This document shows, piece by piece, positions 8,571 through 20,702 of a DNA stretch of 64,000 nucleotides. Location: positions 73,015-137,014 of the forward strand of contig JAXMNT010000019.1 in assembly GCA_034670305.1 (NCBI GenBank), written 5' to 3'. The translations under genes were made by a program, and so were the position numbers. The notes beneath the pieces are model-generated. The model was not told the origin of the DNA, made no database searches, and was given only the letters and a program-made list of their open reading frames with translations. The first letter of the stretch is position 1; every line of letters starts with the position of its first letter. Origin of the DNA: Deltaproteobacteria bacterium. GTDB lineage: Bacteria > Myxococcota_A > Polyangia > Polyangiales > Houyiibacteriaceae.

Positions 8571-10835
8571 TTAAGAAGGCTCTTTGTTCTCGATCGGATC
8601 GGGGAGCGTCGGGTGGGTCGGGCTTCGTTTGGTCGGACGGTGACGCACCGGACGCACGATGAACGGCCGCTCTGCGTGCGCGCGCTCCGACGCCTTCTGA
8701 GCAGCAGCCGCCGCGAGCTCGAGCAGCCGCTGCTGGCTGCGCAGTTGGGCGCCCTCGTCTTCTGCCCTGGGCACCGGCGCGAAGGTCCCGTCGGCGCGGA
8801 GCTCGCGCGCTTTGACGTCGTCCGCCAGGGACGTCTCCAGGATCTCGTCGATGATGCGCTTTCGCAGTCCTTCGTCGTCGACCGGGAACATGACTTCGAC
8901 GCGGCGGTGAAAGTTGCGCGGCATCCAGTCGGCGCTCGCCCCGAACACCAGCCGGCGTCCGCCCGCCTCGAAGTAGAAGATGCGCGTGTGTTCGAGGAAA
9001 CGGTCCACGATGCTGCGCACGCGGATGTTGTGGCTGATGCCCGGCATCTGCGGACGCAAGCAACAGATGCCGCGCACGATGAGATCGATCTGCACGCCGG
9101 CCTGTGATGCCCGGTAGAGCGCCTGGATCACGTCGGCGTCCTGGAGCGAGTTCATCTTCGCGATGATGCGGGCGGGTTTTCCGGCGCGCGCGTAGGCGGC
9201 TTCGCGCTCGATCATGCCGAGCACGGATTCGTGAAGGCCAAGCGGCGCCGCGATGAACCGGCGCCACTCACGCGGTGCGGTGCAGGAGGTGAGCAGGTTG
9301 AAGAGCGCGGTGGCGTCGTGGCCGAAGTCGGCGCGCGCGGTGAACAAGCTCAGGTCCGTGTAGAGCGTGGCGGTCTTGGGGTTGTAGTTGCCGGTGCCGA
9401 GGTGGACGTAGCGCCGAAGCTGCGGTCCTTCGCGGCGCACGATCAGCATCACCTTGCAGTGCGTCTTGAGACCGACGAGCCCGTAGACGACGTGCACGCC
9501 GGATTCTTCGAGGCGGCGCGCCCAGTGGATGTTGTTCTCTTCGTCGAACCGCGCTTTGATCTCGACGAGCGCGGCGACCTGCTTGCCGTTCTCTGCGGCC
9601 CGCACGAGCGCTTTGACGATCGGGCTGTCGCCGCTCGTCCGGTAGAGCGTCTGTTTGATGGCCAAGACATCGGGGTCGGAGGCCGCGCGCTCGAGCAACG
9701 CCACCACGGGGTCGAAGCTCTCGTAGGGGTGGTGCAGCAGCACATCGTTGGCCCGGATCACATCGAACGGATCCAGCTCGAGGTCGAAGGCCGGAGACGC
9801 GGCCGGCGTGAACGACACGTCCTGCAGATCCCGTCGACCGCGCAGCGGTTTGGCGAGCTCTCCGAGATCCGGGAGCGCGAGCGGCGCTTCCACCTGGAAC
9901 ACGAGTCGCGAGTCGACCTCGAGCGCCTCCTCCAGCACCGCGACCGCCTCCGGCGCGCAGTCGGCGCTGACCTCGAGCACCACCGAGTTGCCGCGGTCGC
10001 GCCGACGAACCTCCTCGCGGATCTCCTCGAGCAGGTCCTCCGCTTCTTCTTCGTCGATGCTCAGGTCGTGGTTCCGGATCACGCGGAACGTCCACGCGCC
10101 CCGCCGGGTGAACCCGCGGAAGAGCTCTTCGACGTTGTCGGCGATCACGTCGTCGAGCAGCACGTAGGCGCGGTGGGATTCGTCGCCCGGGCCTTCGCCG
10201 ATCGCACCGGTCGAGTGCTCGTCCGGCAGCACGTTCGGGACCGCGATCAAGCGCGGCAACACCGCCGGCACCTGCACGACCGCGAAGGCCGGATCGCCAT
10301 CCTCTTCGCCCGAGAGCATCACGATGAGGTGCAGCCGTTTGTTCGGGACGTGCGGGAAAGGATGCCCGGGGTCGAGTGCCAGCGGGGTCAGGATCGGAAA
10401 CACCTGCTCCTGGAAGTACTGCCGCAGCCGCGCGCGTTTCTCGTCGTCCAGATCCGAGGGCCGGCGCAGGAGCACCCCCTCGTCCTCGAGCAACGGGAGG
10501 ATCTGGCCGAGAAACGTCTCAGAGATCTCGTCGATCATCTCCCCGACCCGATCGGCGATCGCGTCGAGCTGTTCGCTCGGCGTCATGCCGTCCGGCGGCG
10601 TCTCGGTGACACCCTCGGCGCGCTGCTCGAGCAACCCGGCGACGCGCACCATGAAGAACTCCTCCAAGTTCGATCGCACGATGGTGAGGAACTTGAGGCG
10701 CTCCAGCAGTGGCACGCTCGGATCCCGCGCTTCGTCCAGCACCCGCTGGTTGAACTCGAGCCAGCTCAGCTCGCGGTTCAAAAACAGCTCGGGGCGATCG
10801 AGCGCGTCGGTCGTCTCTTCGGCGGTGCCGTCCAC
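8571..10835 (-). CDS. ppk1: Polyphosphate kinase 1
   Basis: FLNRELSWLEFNQRVL, LLHHPYESF, IKQTLYRT, KARFDEENNI, KTHCK, RFLEHTR; GTG start inferred. Confidence 0.97.
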   Translation of the reverse strand: MDGTAEETTDALDRPELFLNRELSWLEFNQRVLDEARDPSVPLLERLKFLTIVRSNLEEFFMVRVAGLLEQRAEGVTETPPDGMTPSEQLDAIADRVGEMIDEISETFLGQILPLLEDEGVLLRRPSDLDDEKRARLRQYFQEQVFPILTPLALDPGHPFPHVPNKRLHLIVMLSGEEDGDPAFAVVQVPAVLPRLIAVPNVLPDEHSTGAIGEGPGDESHRAYVLLDDVIADNVEELFRGFTRRGAWTFRVIRNHDLSIDEEEAEDLLEEIREEVRRRDRGNSVVLEVSADCAPEAVAVLEEALEVDSRLVFQVEAPLALPDLGELAKPLRGRRDLQDVSFTPAASPAFDLELDPFDVIRANDVLLHHPYESFDPVVALLERAASDPDVLAIKQTLYRTSGDSPIVKALVRAAENGKQVAALVEIKARFDEENNIHWARRLEESGVHVVYGLVGLKTHCKVMLIVRREGPQLRRYVHLGTGNYNPKTATLYTDLSLFTARADFGHDATALFNLLTSCTAPREWRRFIAAPLGLHESVLGMIEREAAYARAGKPARIIAKMNSLQDADVIQALYRASQAGVQIDLIVRGICCLRPQMPGISHNIRVRSIVDRFLEHTRIFYFEAGGRRLVFGASADWMPRNFHRRVEVMFPVDDEGLRKRIIDEILETSLADDVKARELRADGTFAPVPRAEDEGAQLRSQQRLLELAAAAAQKASERAHAERPFIVRPVRHRPTKRSPTHPTLPDPIENKEPS

Positions 10836-10867
10836 GCCGTGGTTGTGGCCGCTCCCGCGCGGTCCGG

Positions 10868-11590
10868 TCAAGCGTCGCCGCGCGCGATCTGGGCGAAACG
10901 CCGAAGCAGCTGGGTGCCGTGGTCGGTGTCGCGCAGGCCCGCACCAAGCGCTGCGGGCGAAAACCCCTCCGCTTCGAGTTCCACTGCGCGCACGTCCAGG
11001 TACGCTCGGATCACCTCCGCATCCATCTCCGGATGGAACTGAACGCCCCAGGCCGAGGGTCCGATGCGAAAGGCATGGTTCGCATCCCGCGCGGCGACCG
11101 CCAGCCGCACGACCTCGAGCGCGTCGGGGTCCGGCAAGCGCGTCACGGACTGAACGTGGGTGGTCATGATGCACAGCGGGTCGGGCAAGCCGCCGAAGAG
11201 CCGGTCGGTCCGCGCTGCGGAGAGCGCTTCGACCACGGTCGTGCCCATCTGCCGCCCGAGCGGGTTGTTCTCCACCGTGCCTCCGAACGCATCGGCCAAG
11301 AGCTGATGCCCGTAGCAGACGCCGAGCGTGGGCACGCCCTGCTCAACCTGTCGGCGCAGCCAACCCGCGCATCGTTCGGACCAGTCGGCGCGGTCGGTGA
11401 CCATCGCGCCGCTCCCGGTGACGAGGATGGCCGACGGAGCCTCCGGGAGTGGCGCACCCGCCGCCACGTCGACGACTTCGGTCGCGACGCCCAGTCCGAG
11501 CGCGAACCAGTCTTCGAAGTCCCCGCGTCGCGCAACGAGTGCGGGGAGCGCGCTGCCGACCTTCACCACGAGGATGGGCGACGCGCTCAA
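10868..11590 (-). CDS. Class I glutamine amidotransferase-like protein
   Basis: ILVTGS, LGVCYGHQLL, WGVQFHPE; TTG start overlaps the upstream stop. Confidence 0.9.
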   Translation of the reverse strand: MSASPILVVKVGSALPALVARRGDFEDWFALGLGVATEVVDVAAGAPLPEAPSAILVTGSGAMVTDRADWSERCAGWLRRQVEQGVPTLGVCYGHQLLADAFGGTVENNPLGRQMGTTVVEALSAARTDRLFGGLPDPLCIMTTHVQSVTRLPDPDALEVVRLAVAARDANHAFRIGPSAWGVQFHPEMDAEVIRAYLDVRAVELEAEGFSPAALGAGLRDTDHGTQLLRRFAQIARGDA

Positions 11591-12549
11591 AACAAGTCCT
11601 CGAACTCGTCTTCCCAGCCGTCGGGTTCTCCGTCCGAGGCACCGGTCGAGCGCTCGCGGGGTGCCGTGTCGGGCGGACCGAAGAGGTCGAAGTCCTCGTC
11701 GGCGACGTCCAACCCATCGGGCGGCTCCGCTTCCACGAACGGTTGACTCGGGTGGTCGATGTAGCTCTCTTTCGGATCGCCTCGGAAGTGCGAGACCGGT
11801 TGGGGTGGCAGGTCGGGGGGCGCAAACGCAGCCCGCTTCACCACGCCTTCCGCAAGCGGATCGAGCAAGCGGCCGGGCCGGACGAACCCCTGGCGGGGGT
11901 GGGCCTCGTTCTCGACCGTCGGGAGGGCGAAGGTGCTCCCCACGGACTTGAGCGCTTGGTCGTTCTTCTGGCCGACACGGAATGAACCCCAGGTCCACAC
12001 TTCGCGCCAGTCCGCGGCCAGCACCGGCTGCGCGAGCGGAAGGCAGAGTCGGAACTTCGGCCGCTTCGTGGTGTGCGACCAAGTGGTGTGCACGATGTGG
12101 TACCAGTCCGACCAGATCGCCGACGCCTCCTCGATGCCGATGCCCGCATCGAAGTCCTGCACCAGACACGAGATGTGGATCACGTTGTCGGACTCACGTC
12201 GTTTGCCCTCTTCGTAGAGCGCCGGCGACCACAACCGCAGGTCGGTCTTGATGCGACCGTGCGCTTTCATGACGAGCCGCTCGTAGGCTGCGCGCGCGCC
12301 TTCCTTGCCACCCTTCTTCGCGGCTCGGACCAGGATGCCCCAACGGCGGCCACCGAGACGCTCGCCCCGCTCGTACGATGCCCAGGCTTCTTCGATGCGC
12401 TGGATGTCCCGTTGAACCTGCCGCGCCATCTTCGGTTTGGTCTGAAACCGAAGAAGGCCGCTGGTGAGCTGTTGAAGCGTGAGCACGTCCCGCGCGGGCG
12501 TCGTGTCGAACACCCTCTTGAACGTCGCAATGGCGAAACGCGAGGCCAT
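11587..12549 (-). CDS. Hypothetical protein with an archaeo-eukaryotic primase/PrimPol-like domain
   Basis: RRESDNV..ISCLVQDFD (DxD) and HTTWSHTTKRPKFRLCLPLAQPV resemble the phage primase/VirE-associated AEP motifs. Confidence 0.65.
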   Translation of the reverse strand: MASRFAIATFKRVFDTTPARDVLTLQQLTSGLLRFQTKPKMARQVQRDIQRIEEAWASYERGERLGGRRWGILVRAAKKGGKEGARAAYERLVMKAHGRIKTDLRLWSPALYEEGKRRESDNVIHISCLVQDFDAGIGIEEASAIWSDWYHIVHTTWSHTTKRPKFRLCLPLAQPVLAADWREVWTWGSFRVGQKNDQALKSVGSTFALPTVENEAHPRQGFVRPGRLLDPLAEGVVKRAAFAPPDLPPQPVSHFRGDPKESYIDHPSQPFVEAEPPDGLDVADEDFDLFGPPDTAPRERSTGASDGEPDGWEDEFEDLF

Positions 12550-12567
12550 TGCACAGAGTCTACCGCG

Positions 12568-12833
12568 CTAGCGGGCTGCTGAAGAACGCCCGCTGGGCGT
12601 TCTTCAGCAGCCTGCCCCTTGCCCCTGCCCTTGCCTTTGCCCCTGCCCGCGCGCGTCGCGCGGCTTCGGAGCTGCGCCGGCGCAGCACCGACCGATGCCC
12701 GGCGGCTTCGTGCTGGGCATCGGGCTCCGATTCGCGGCCCCGCCGTCGCGAAACACACGGCGTCCACGACGCGGGCAAGGGCAACGGCAAGGGCAACGGC
12801 AAGGGAGCAGGTCGCTTTTCAGCGACCTGCTAG
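12568..12833. mobile_element. CTAG-flanked MITE/REP-like element, copy 1 (both ends present)
   Basis: CTAG at 12568 and 12830; hairpin at each end; inner (CCCTTG)n and (GGGCAA)n arms; homologous to 59103-59646 and 63876-64000. Confidence 0.8.
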
Positions 12834-13654
12834 CGGGCCGACATCTCGACGGTGCAGAGACCGGTGCCTTCGGGCGACTGGGCGTAGGCCACGCAGCGGC
12901 CCTCGTCGGAGGGACAGGTGTCCGCATCGAGCGAACAGATCCGCGCGCATGTCATCTCGAAGAAGCCGGCGCAGGTGAGACCCGCCTCGCAGTCGTTGGG
13001 TTCGACGCACGGGTCCGCGACGCCGGCGGTGCCGGCTTCGCGGCAGTCGGTGTCCCCCATGGAACTGACGATGTAACAGCCTTCGGTCGGCTCACAGGCG
13101 GTGGTGTCGAGCACATCGCACGCTCGGGGCGCAAAACACTCCCCGAAGGCGACCTCGGTACCGTCGATCAGCACCCCGCTTCCGCCGCAGCGATGCCCTT
13201 CTTCACACGCCCCCGTGGTGTCCGCGCCACAGCAGATCTGGCCGCAGGTCCCGACGCCACGCTTCAGGAAACACGCGAGCCCGGCCGCGCACTGTTCGGT
13301 TCGTTCGCAGGCAGAGCCAGCCAGGCCGCGACCGGCCATCGGGACACACAGCGGCGCTTCGGTGTGCAGTACGCAGACCCCCGCGACACAGCCGCTGGGT
13401 CCGGTGGGATCGCACGCCCCGCCGCACTCCATGGCGCCGACGTCTGGGGCCGGCGCGTCGGACAACGATCCGTCACGCCCGCTGTCGGAGGTGATGGGGG
13501 CATCGATGATGGACGCATCTCGGCGTCCTGAATCGACTCCCCCGTCGAACCCGCCATCGTCGTCACCGCATGCGCTTCCCGCGAAGACCGCGAGAAGCGC
13601 TGCGAACCAGATCGAGCCAGTCGGCGATTGCACGTGTGGACAGTGTGTGCCCAT
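12830..13654 (-). CDS. Cys-rich lipoprotein
   Basis: FAGSAC-GDDD lipobox; repeated G..C....C..GL.C units. Confidence 0.85.
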   Translation of the reverse strand: MGTHCPHVQSPTGSIWFAALLAVFAGSACGDDDGGFDGGVDSGRRDASIIDAPITSDSGRDGSLSDAPAPDVGAMECGGACDPTGPSGCVAGVCVLHTEAPLCVPMAGRGLAGSACERTEQCAAGLACFLKRGVGTCGQICCGADTTGACEEGHRCGGSGVLIDGTEVAFGECFAPRACDVLDTTACEPTEGCYIVSSMGDTDCREAGTAGVADPCVEPNDCEAGLTCAGFFEMTCARICSLDADTCPSDEGRCVAYAQSPEGTGLCTVEMSAR

Positions 13655-14431
13655 TCAGGGCATCACGCACACGCCCTCGTCGTCGAATCCGCTCAGCCCG
13701 CCGCACTCGAGTGGCGCGGTGCAGGAGGGTTCCCCACCGCCAACGCGGCAGAGCTTGGCGCAGACGCCATCGGCCAGACACACGAGGCCGGGCGCACAGC
13801 TGTTGGAGGCGGAGCACTCTTCGCCCTCCGCGTCCATACCCGCGCCAAGACAGTCCGTGCTGCCGTCCCCGCCGATGGGGTAGCAGCCGGTGCCGGAGCG
13901 GGTGCAGTCCTGCGTGAGCAAGTTGCAGCCCGAAGGCGTGATGCACGCACCGAAGCCGAGGCTGACGCCGCCTTCGCCCGCGAAGTTCAAACAGGTCTCG
14001 CCCGCCGCCGTGTTGCAGTTGAGGTCCGACCCTCCGCAGCACACCAGCGCACAGACGTCGTTCTGACAGACGTGGCCTTCTTGGCAGTCGTTCGGTGCCG
14101 AGCAGGCGGCGCCAGTTCCGGCGGAGCCCGCCGCGACGCAGACGGGCATCATGCCGTCCCAGTAGCACCCTTCGCCGGCCGCACAGCCCGCGTTGGTTTC
14201 GAGGTTGCACGCACCGGCCGGGCACATCGCCGTCATGCCGCCGGTGTCGACCCCCATCATGCCGGTGTCGACCCCCATCATGCCGGTGTCGACCCCCATC
14301 ATGCCGGTGTCGATCCCGCCGGTGTCCATGCCCGAAAAGGCATCGGTGCCTCCGTCCATGCCCATACGGGAGTCATCGTCACCACAACCGACCAGCGCGA
14401 GCGCGGCCACCACCAAGACAAGCTTCCTCAT
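13655..14431 (-). CDS. Cys-rich lipoprotein, paralogous in style to its neighbour
   Basis: MRKLVLVVAALALVGC-GDDD; GGAGG RBS; 21-bp tandem repeat encoding MMGVDTG. Confidence 0.88.
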   Translation of the reverse strand: MRKLVLVVAALALVGCGDDDSRMGMDGGTDAFSGMDTGGIDTGMMGVDTGMMGVDTGMMGVDTGGMTAMCPAGACNLETNAGCAAGEGCYWDGMMPVCVAAGSAGTGAACSAPNDCQEGHVCQNDVCALVCCGGSDLNCNTAAGETCLNFAGEGGVSLGFGACITPSGCNLLTQDCTRSGTGCYPIGGDGSTDCLGAGMDAEGEECSASNSCAPGLVCLADGVCAKLCRVGGGEPSCTAPLECGGLSGFDDEGVCVMP

Positions 14432-14579
14432 GCGATCCTCCACCTTCGTTGTCCGAGGGAATGCGGGGCATCCCCTCGCTCCCAACCCCTGCTTGGTAGC
14501 AGGGATGGCGCGCAAGTGGCAATTGGTTGCCACGACGCCAGTCGCGCGAAGCGAGCCAGGCCCGTAGCGGCAGCAAAGA

Positions 14580-16280
<1,701 letters not shown>

Positions 16281-16387
16281 CTACGCCCGTGTGGAGCACG
16301 CGGAGGGCGGCCGCGCACCGGGAGGGAACGCTACGGGGCGGTGGCTGCGTTGTCAACGCGAGGTCCCGGCCCGATCTCGGCTGCATC

Positions 16388-16410
16388 TTTACAAACTGTT
16401 TACTTGTAAA
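16388..16410. promoter_or_regulatory. Inverted repeat, putative operator in the divergent pyrG/dehydrogenase region
   Basis: TTTACAA-N9-TTGTAAA in AT-rich intergenic DNA. Confidence 0.45.
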
Positions 16411-16598
16411 GTGCCTGTGATGGCTGTTCCCCTGTAAAACACTGGGTTTCGGTCTTGACGCATTGCGTTGTTTTGGCTATTCCATGATGCGTTGCGCAAG
16501 TCGTGTGAAATAGTAAACGCACGCCGGCCCTTGGGACGAACGCTCTGCGTCGTCACCGCAACTGGTCGATTGGTGGCAACTTCACCTTGGAGAATCAG

Positions 16599-17510
16599 AT
16601 GAGCATCGAAACCGTGGGTGTCGTGGGTTGTGGCCAGATGGGCCGAGGCATCGTGCAAGCGTGCGCAACAGCTGGTTTTCAGGTGAAAGCGATCAAAGCC
16701 ACCGGCGGAGATCTGACGAAGGTCCAGGCGAAGTTCGACAAGTCGATCGGCCGGCAGCTGCAGAAGGGTCGGATCGACCAGGCGACGCACGATCAGATCT
16801 TGGCGCGCATCGAACTCACGTCCGACCTCGCGTGCATCGCCGATTGCGATCTCGTCATCGAGTCCGCACTCGAAGACATGGAGACCAAAGTCGCGCTCCT
16901 TCGGGATCTCGAGTCCCGCATGACCAACGGGGCGGTGCTCGCCTCCAACACCTCATCGCTTCCGTTGAACGACCTGGCGGCGAAGCTCAACCGTCCGGCG
17001 CAGTTCCTCGCGCTGCACTTCTTCAACCCCGCCCACGTCATGAAACTGGTCGAGCTCGGCGTGACCGAGCAGACCGCCCCGGGTGCGCTGGAGACCTGCC
17101 GCGCCTTCTGCGTCGCCATCGGCAAGACGCCCGTGCAGGTCAGCGCGTCTCCGGGCTACGTGGTCAACCGCCTGCTCGTCCCGTACATGCTCCACGCCAT
17201 CGAGACCCTCGAGAGCGGCATCGCGGGGCCGGGCGCCATCGACACCGCCATGCAGCTCGGCTGCAACCACCCCATCGGCCCGCTCGCGCTCGCGGACCTC
17301 ATCGGCCTCGACGTGGTCATGGCCATGGCGACCACCTTGTCGCGCGAGCTCCAGGACACCCGCTACCGGATCCCCTCCACCCTGCGCGCCCTCGTCTCGT
17401 CGCAACAGCTCGGCTGCAAGACCGGCGTCGGCATCTACGACTACGCCGGCGAGCAACCCGTCCTCAACCCCGCCCTGCGCTTCACCCCGGTCGCGGACGC
17501 CGCCGAGTAG
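16599..17510 (+). CDS. 3-hydroxybutyryl-CoA / 3-hydroxyacyl-CoA dehydrogenase
   Basis: GCGQMG, LASNTSS, LHFFNP, PGYVVNRLL, GPLALADLIGLD; GGAG RBS. Confidence 0.95.
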   Translation: MSIETVGVVGCGQMGRGIVQACATAGFQVKAIKATGGDLTKVQAKFDKSIGRQLQKGRIDQATHDQILARIELTSDLACIADCDLVIESALEDMETKVALLRDLESRMTNGAVLASNTSSLPLNDLAAKLNRPAQFLALHFFNPAHVMKLVELGVTEQTAPGALETCRAFCVAIGKTPVQVSASPGYVVNRLLVPYMLHAIETLESGIAGPGAIDTAMQLGCNHPIGPLALADLIGLDVVMAMATTLSRELQDTRYRIPSTLRALVSSQQLGCKTGVGIYDYAGEQPVLNPALRFTPVADAAE

Positions 17511-17535
17511 CGGGCTCCAAAAGCGAACGAAGAGA

Positions 17536-17571
17536 GAAACCAGCGCCCTCCCGCGCTGGCTTCTTTCGTTT
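17536..17571 (+). terminator. Putative intrinsic terminator
   Basis: CCAGCGC-CCTCCC-GCGCTGG hairpin followed by CTTCTTTCGTTT. Confidence 0.55.
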
Positions 17572-17578
17572 CGAGTCT

Positions 17579-17846
<268 letters not shown>

Positions 17847-17899
17847 TAGCCTCTTCCTTCGGAAGTCGGCTCCTTCATCCTTCGGACTCGGAGGGGCCT

Positions 17900-18055
17900 G
17901 GGTGGGCTTGCTGGCTCGGCGGCATTTTCATCGTGGCGGAGTGCTCGGCCGCCTCAAGGGTGCCTTCGGCCCCAGCCTTCGGAAGGCTGGCTTCGCCCTT
18001 GACCCGCCCTCCGCTCTCCACCGGGGGCGCACAGAGTGCGCCGCCGAGCAACGTT
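17900..18055 (+). ncRNA. Candidate structured RNA/ssDNA motif upstream of a four-helix-bundle gene (copy 1)
   Basis: Nested stems GCTCGGCGGC/GCCGCCGAGC, GCGGAG/CTCCGC, TCAAGGG/CCCTTGA, CCAGCCTT/AAGGCTGG; homologous to 23538-23700 (-). Confidence 0.55.
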
Positions 18056-18085
18056 GCTCATCTTCTTCGGCGCGAGGAGGCTCGG

Positions 18086-18397
18086 ATGATTGTTCTCGAA
18101 TCTACTTTCGTTCTCGTTGGTGAGTTGCGCGATGTGCTGGCGGCGGTTTCTCGCAAGGACCGTTCGCTCGCGGACCAGATCCGGCGGGCGGCTCAGTCCG
18201 TCGTGTTGAACTGCGCGGAGGCACAGCATGCGCGCGGAAAGCGGAGCGTGGACCGTTTCTCCATCGCATACGGCGAGGCGAGCGAGTTGAAGGCGGCGCT
18301 GCGGTTGGTCCGGGTGTTTGGATACGCCGAGGTGGGTGAACCGGTGCTGCGGCGCTGCGATGAGGTCTGCGCAATGTTGTATCGCCTCAGTCGGTAG
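18086..18397 (+). CDS. Four-helix-bundle protein (23S rRNA IVS protein / Avd-like fold)
   Basis: LADQIRRAAQSVVLNCAEA...RFSIAYGEASELKAAL; strong GAGGAGG RBS. Confidence 0.88.
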   Translation: MIVLESTFVLVGELRDVLAAVSRKDRSLADQIRRAAQSVVLNCAEAQHARGKRSVDRFSIAYGEASELKAALRLVRVFGYAEVGEPVLRRCDEVCAMLYRLSR

Positions 18398-18425
18398 GTC
18401 GACACCGAGGCCCGCACAGGAGCGG

Positions 18426-18447
18426 GCCTCGGCCTCGGCTTCGGCTC
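18426..18447. repeat. Short (TCGGCN)n tract
   Basis: GCCTCGGCCTCGGCTTCGGCT. Confidence 0.7.
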
Positions 18448-18448
18448 C

Positions 18449-19009
18449 CTACTCCTCCGCGGGCGCGAAGTTCATCGCCACACCGTTGATGCAGTAGCGC
18501 AGCCCCGTCGGCTCCGGGCCGTCGGGGAAGACGTGGCCCAGGTGTCCGTTGCAGCGTGCGCACAAGACCTCGGTGCGGACCATGCCGAACGCGGTGTCGG
18601 CGTCTTCGAGCACCCGGCCGTCTTCGATCGGCGCGGTGAAGGAAGGCCAGCCGGTGCCCGACTCGAACTTCGTGGCGGATGCGAAGAGCGGCGCGCCGCA
18701 TCCGGCGCAGACGTAGGTGCCAGCGCGGTGTTCGTCCCAGGTGCGGTCGGTGTACGGGCGCTCGGTGCCCTTCTCTCGAAGCACGTAGTACTGCGCTTCG
18801 GTCAGGCGCTCGCGCCACTCGGCTTCGGTGAGCACGAGTCGGTCACCGATCGGTGGCGCCGGTCCGAGCACGACTTCGTCATGGTCAGACTCCGAAGAAG
18901 CCGTGGTCGAAGACGCGCTCGGCGCTTCTCCACGGCTGCACCCGAGTGAGCCGCACGCCGCGAGCAAGGGAGTCGATGCGAGTCCGAAGAGGAAGTGGCG
19001 TCGTTGCAT
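18449..19009 (-). CDS. msrB: Peptide-methionine (R)-S-oxide reductase with a Tat/lipoprotein signal
   Basis: [34 protein letters not shown]-terminus QRRHFL...LAAC. Confidence 0.95.
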   Translation of the reverse strand: MQRRHFLFGLASTPLLAACGSLGCSRGEAPSASSTTASSESDHDEVVLGPAPPIGDRLVLTEAEWRERLTEAQYYVLREKGTERPYTDRTWDEHRAGTYVCAGCGAPLFASATKFESGTGWPSFTAPIEDGRVLEDADTAFGMVRTEVLCARCNGHLGHVFPDGPEPTGLRYCINGVAMNFAPAEE

Positions 19010-19060
19010 ACAAGAGTCCTTACGTCGGGGCCCGCCCCCCGTTACGCGCGCGGGCATCCT

Positions 19061-19453
19061 TCGGATCGGCTTCTGCGTCGGCTTCTCTGCGTCGGCTTCT
19101 CTGCGTCGGCGTCGGCTTCGGCTTCTGCGTCGGCTTCGGCGTCGGCTTCTGCGTCGGCGTCGGCTTCTGCGTCGGCGTCGGCTTCGGCTTCTGCGTCGGC
19201 TTCTGCGTCGGCTTCTGCGTCGGCTTCTGCGTCGGCTTCTGCGTCGGCTTCTGCGTCGGCTTCTGCGTCGGCTTCTGCGTCGGCTTCTGCGTCGGCTTCG
19301 GCGTCGGCGTCGGCGTCGGCATCGGCTTCGGCGTCGGCTTCGGCGTCGGCGTCGGCGTCGGCTTCGGCGTCGGCTTCGGCGTCGGCTTCGGATTCGGCGT
19401 CGGCGTCGGACTCGGATTCGGATTCGGCTTCGGCTTCGGCTTCCGCCTCCGCC
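19061..19453. repeat. Long (TCGGCT/TCTGCG/TCGGCG/TCGGAT)n tract
   Basis: Read directly; between dinB and msrB. Confidence 0.95.
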
Positions 19454-19454
19454 C

Positions 19455-20639
19455 TCAGGAGCCGCCCGGCTTCCCGTCCGGCGGCGCGTCGACCAGGGTG
19501 CCGCGCACGATCGTGCCGCTGCCGAACTTGTGTCCGAGCGCTTGGGTGAGCGCTTCGATCTGTTCGCGTTTCTTCTTCCGTTCGTCCGGGAAGAGCACCG
19601 GCTCGGGCGGCCCACTCGTGAGCTCGCCGACGCTCACCCCGGTCAATCGAATGCCGCGGTGCAGGTCCTCGAACTTCGCGAGGAGCACGCGTACGGCGTC
19701 GTAGATCGAGTCGGTGTCCGCCACGCTCTCTGGCAAACGCATTTGCCGGCTCCGGACCCGGTGGTTGCCGTACTTGATCTTGAGCGTGACCACCTGCGCG
19801 CGCAGGTCGAGTCGGCTGAGCCGGCCGGCCACCCGCGCCGACTGTTGCAAGAGCACCGGCTCGAGCTGCGCGGCGGTGTGTCGATCCTTCTCGAAGGTCT
19901 GCTCGGCGCCCAGGCTCTTCGCGCCCCGCTCGGACACCACTTCACGGTCGTCGATGCCGTGCGCGAACGCGTGGATGTGGCGGCCCCACGATCCGAGGAG
20001 GGACTCGAGCGCATCCGGGTCGGTGGAGGCCAGATCGCCGAACGTGTGAAACCCGCACGCATGAAGACGCTCCGCCGCCTTGGGGCCCACGCCCCACATG
20101 CGCTCGATTTTTAGCGGCGCGAGGAACGCGCGTTTGCCTTCCTCCGCGACCACCACCAGGCCGTCGGGTTTGTCGAGGTCGCTGGCCACCTTCGCGACGA
20201 ACTTGTTCGGGGCGACCCCCGCGCTTCCCCGCAGCCCGGTCGCGTCGAAGATGTCCTGCTTGATGCGCTTGGCGATCGTGACCGGATCCCCGATCGCCGC
20301 GCGGCTCCCGGTGACGTCCAAGAACGCTTCGTCCAGGCTCAAGCCCTCCACAATCGGCGTGTAGCGGTGGAAGACGTCGAACACGGCATCGCTGACTTCT
20401 TGGTAGCGCTCCATGCGCCCCGACACGACGACCGCGTGCGGACAGCGCTGCATGGCTTCGACCATCGACATCGCACTGCGCACCCCGAACTTCCGAACCT
20501 CGTACGAGGCGGCGGCCACCACGCCACGACGCGAGTGCCCGCCCACGATGACCGGCTTGCCCCGCAGCGACGGGTCGTCGAGCTGCTCCACCGACGCGTA
20601 GAACGCATCCATGTCGACATGCAGGATCCCGCGCTCCAT
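19455..20639 (-). CDS. dinB: DNA polymerase IV
   Basis: [40 protein letters not shown]. Confidence 0.97.
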   Translation of the reverse strand: MERGILHVDMDAFYASVEQLDDPSLRGKPVIVGGHSRRGVVAAASYEVRKFGVRSAMSMVEAMQRCPHAVVVSGRMERYQEVSDAVFDVFHRYTPIVEGLSLDEAFLDVTGSRAAIGDPVTIAKRIKQDIFDATGLRGSAGVAPNKFVAKVASDLDKPDGLVVVAEEGKRAFLAPLKIERMWGVGPKAAERLHACGFHTFGDLASTDPDALESLLGSWGRHIHAFAHGIDDREVVSERGAKSLGAEQTFEKDRHTAAQLEPVLLQQSARVAGRLSRLDLRAQVVTLKIKYGNHRVRSRQMRLPESVADTDSIYDAVRVLLAKFEDLHRGIRLTGVSVGELTSGPPEPVLFPDERKKKREQIEALTQALGHKFGSGTIVRGTLVDAPPDGKPGGS

Positions 20640-20702
20640 CGCGCGCATGTTAGCAGCCGGGTGAGACGGTCTGTGCGCCGAGCACGCTCGGACGCGGGAA
20701 GC

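Noticed and set aside
14505-14540. Sigma-54 promoter for the lipoprotein gene starting at 14431
   Set aside because: TGGC...TTGC spacing is one base short of GG-N10-GC
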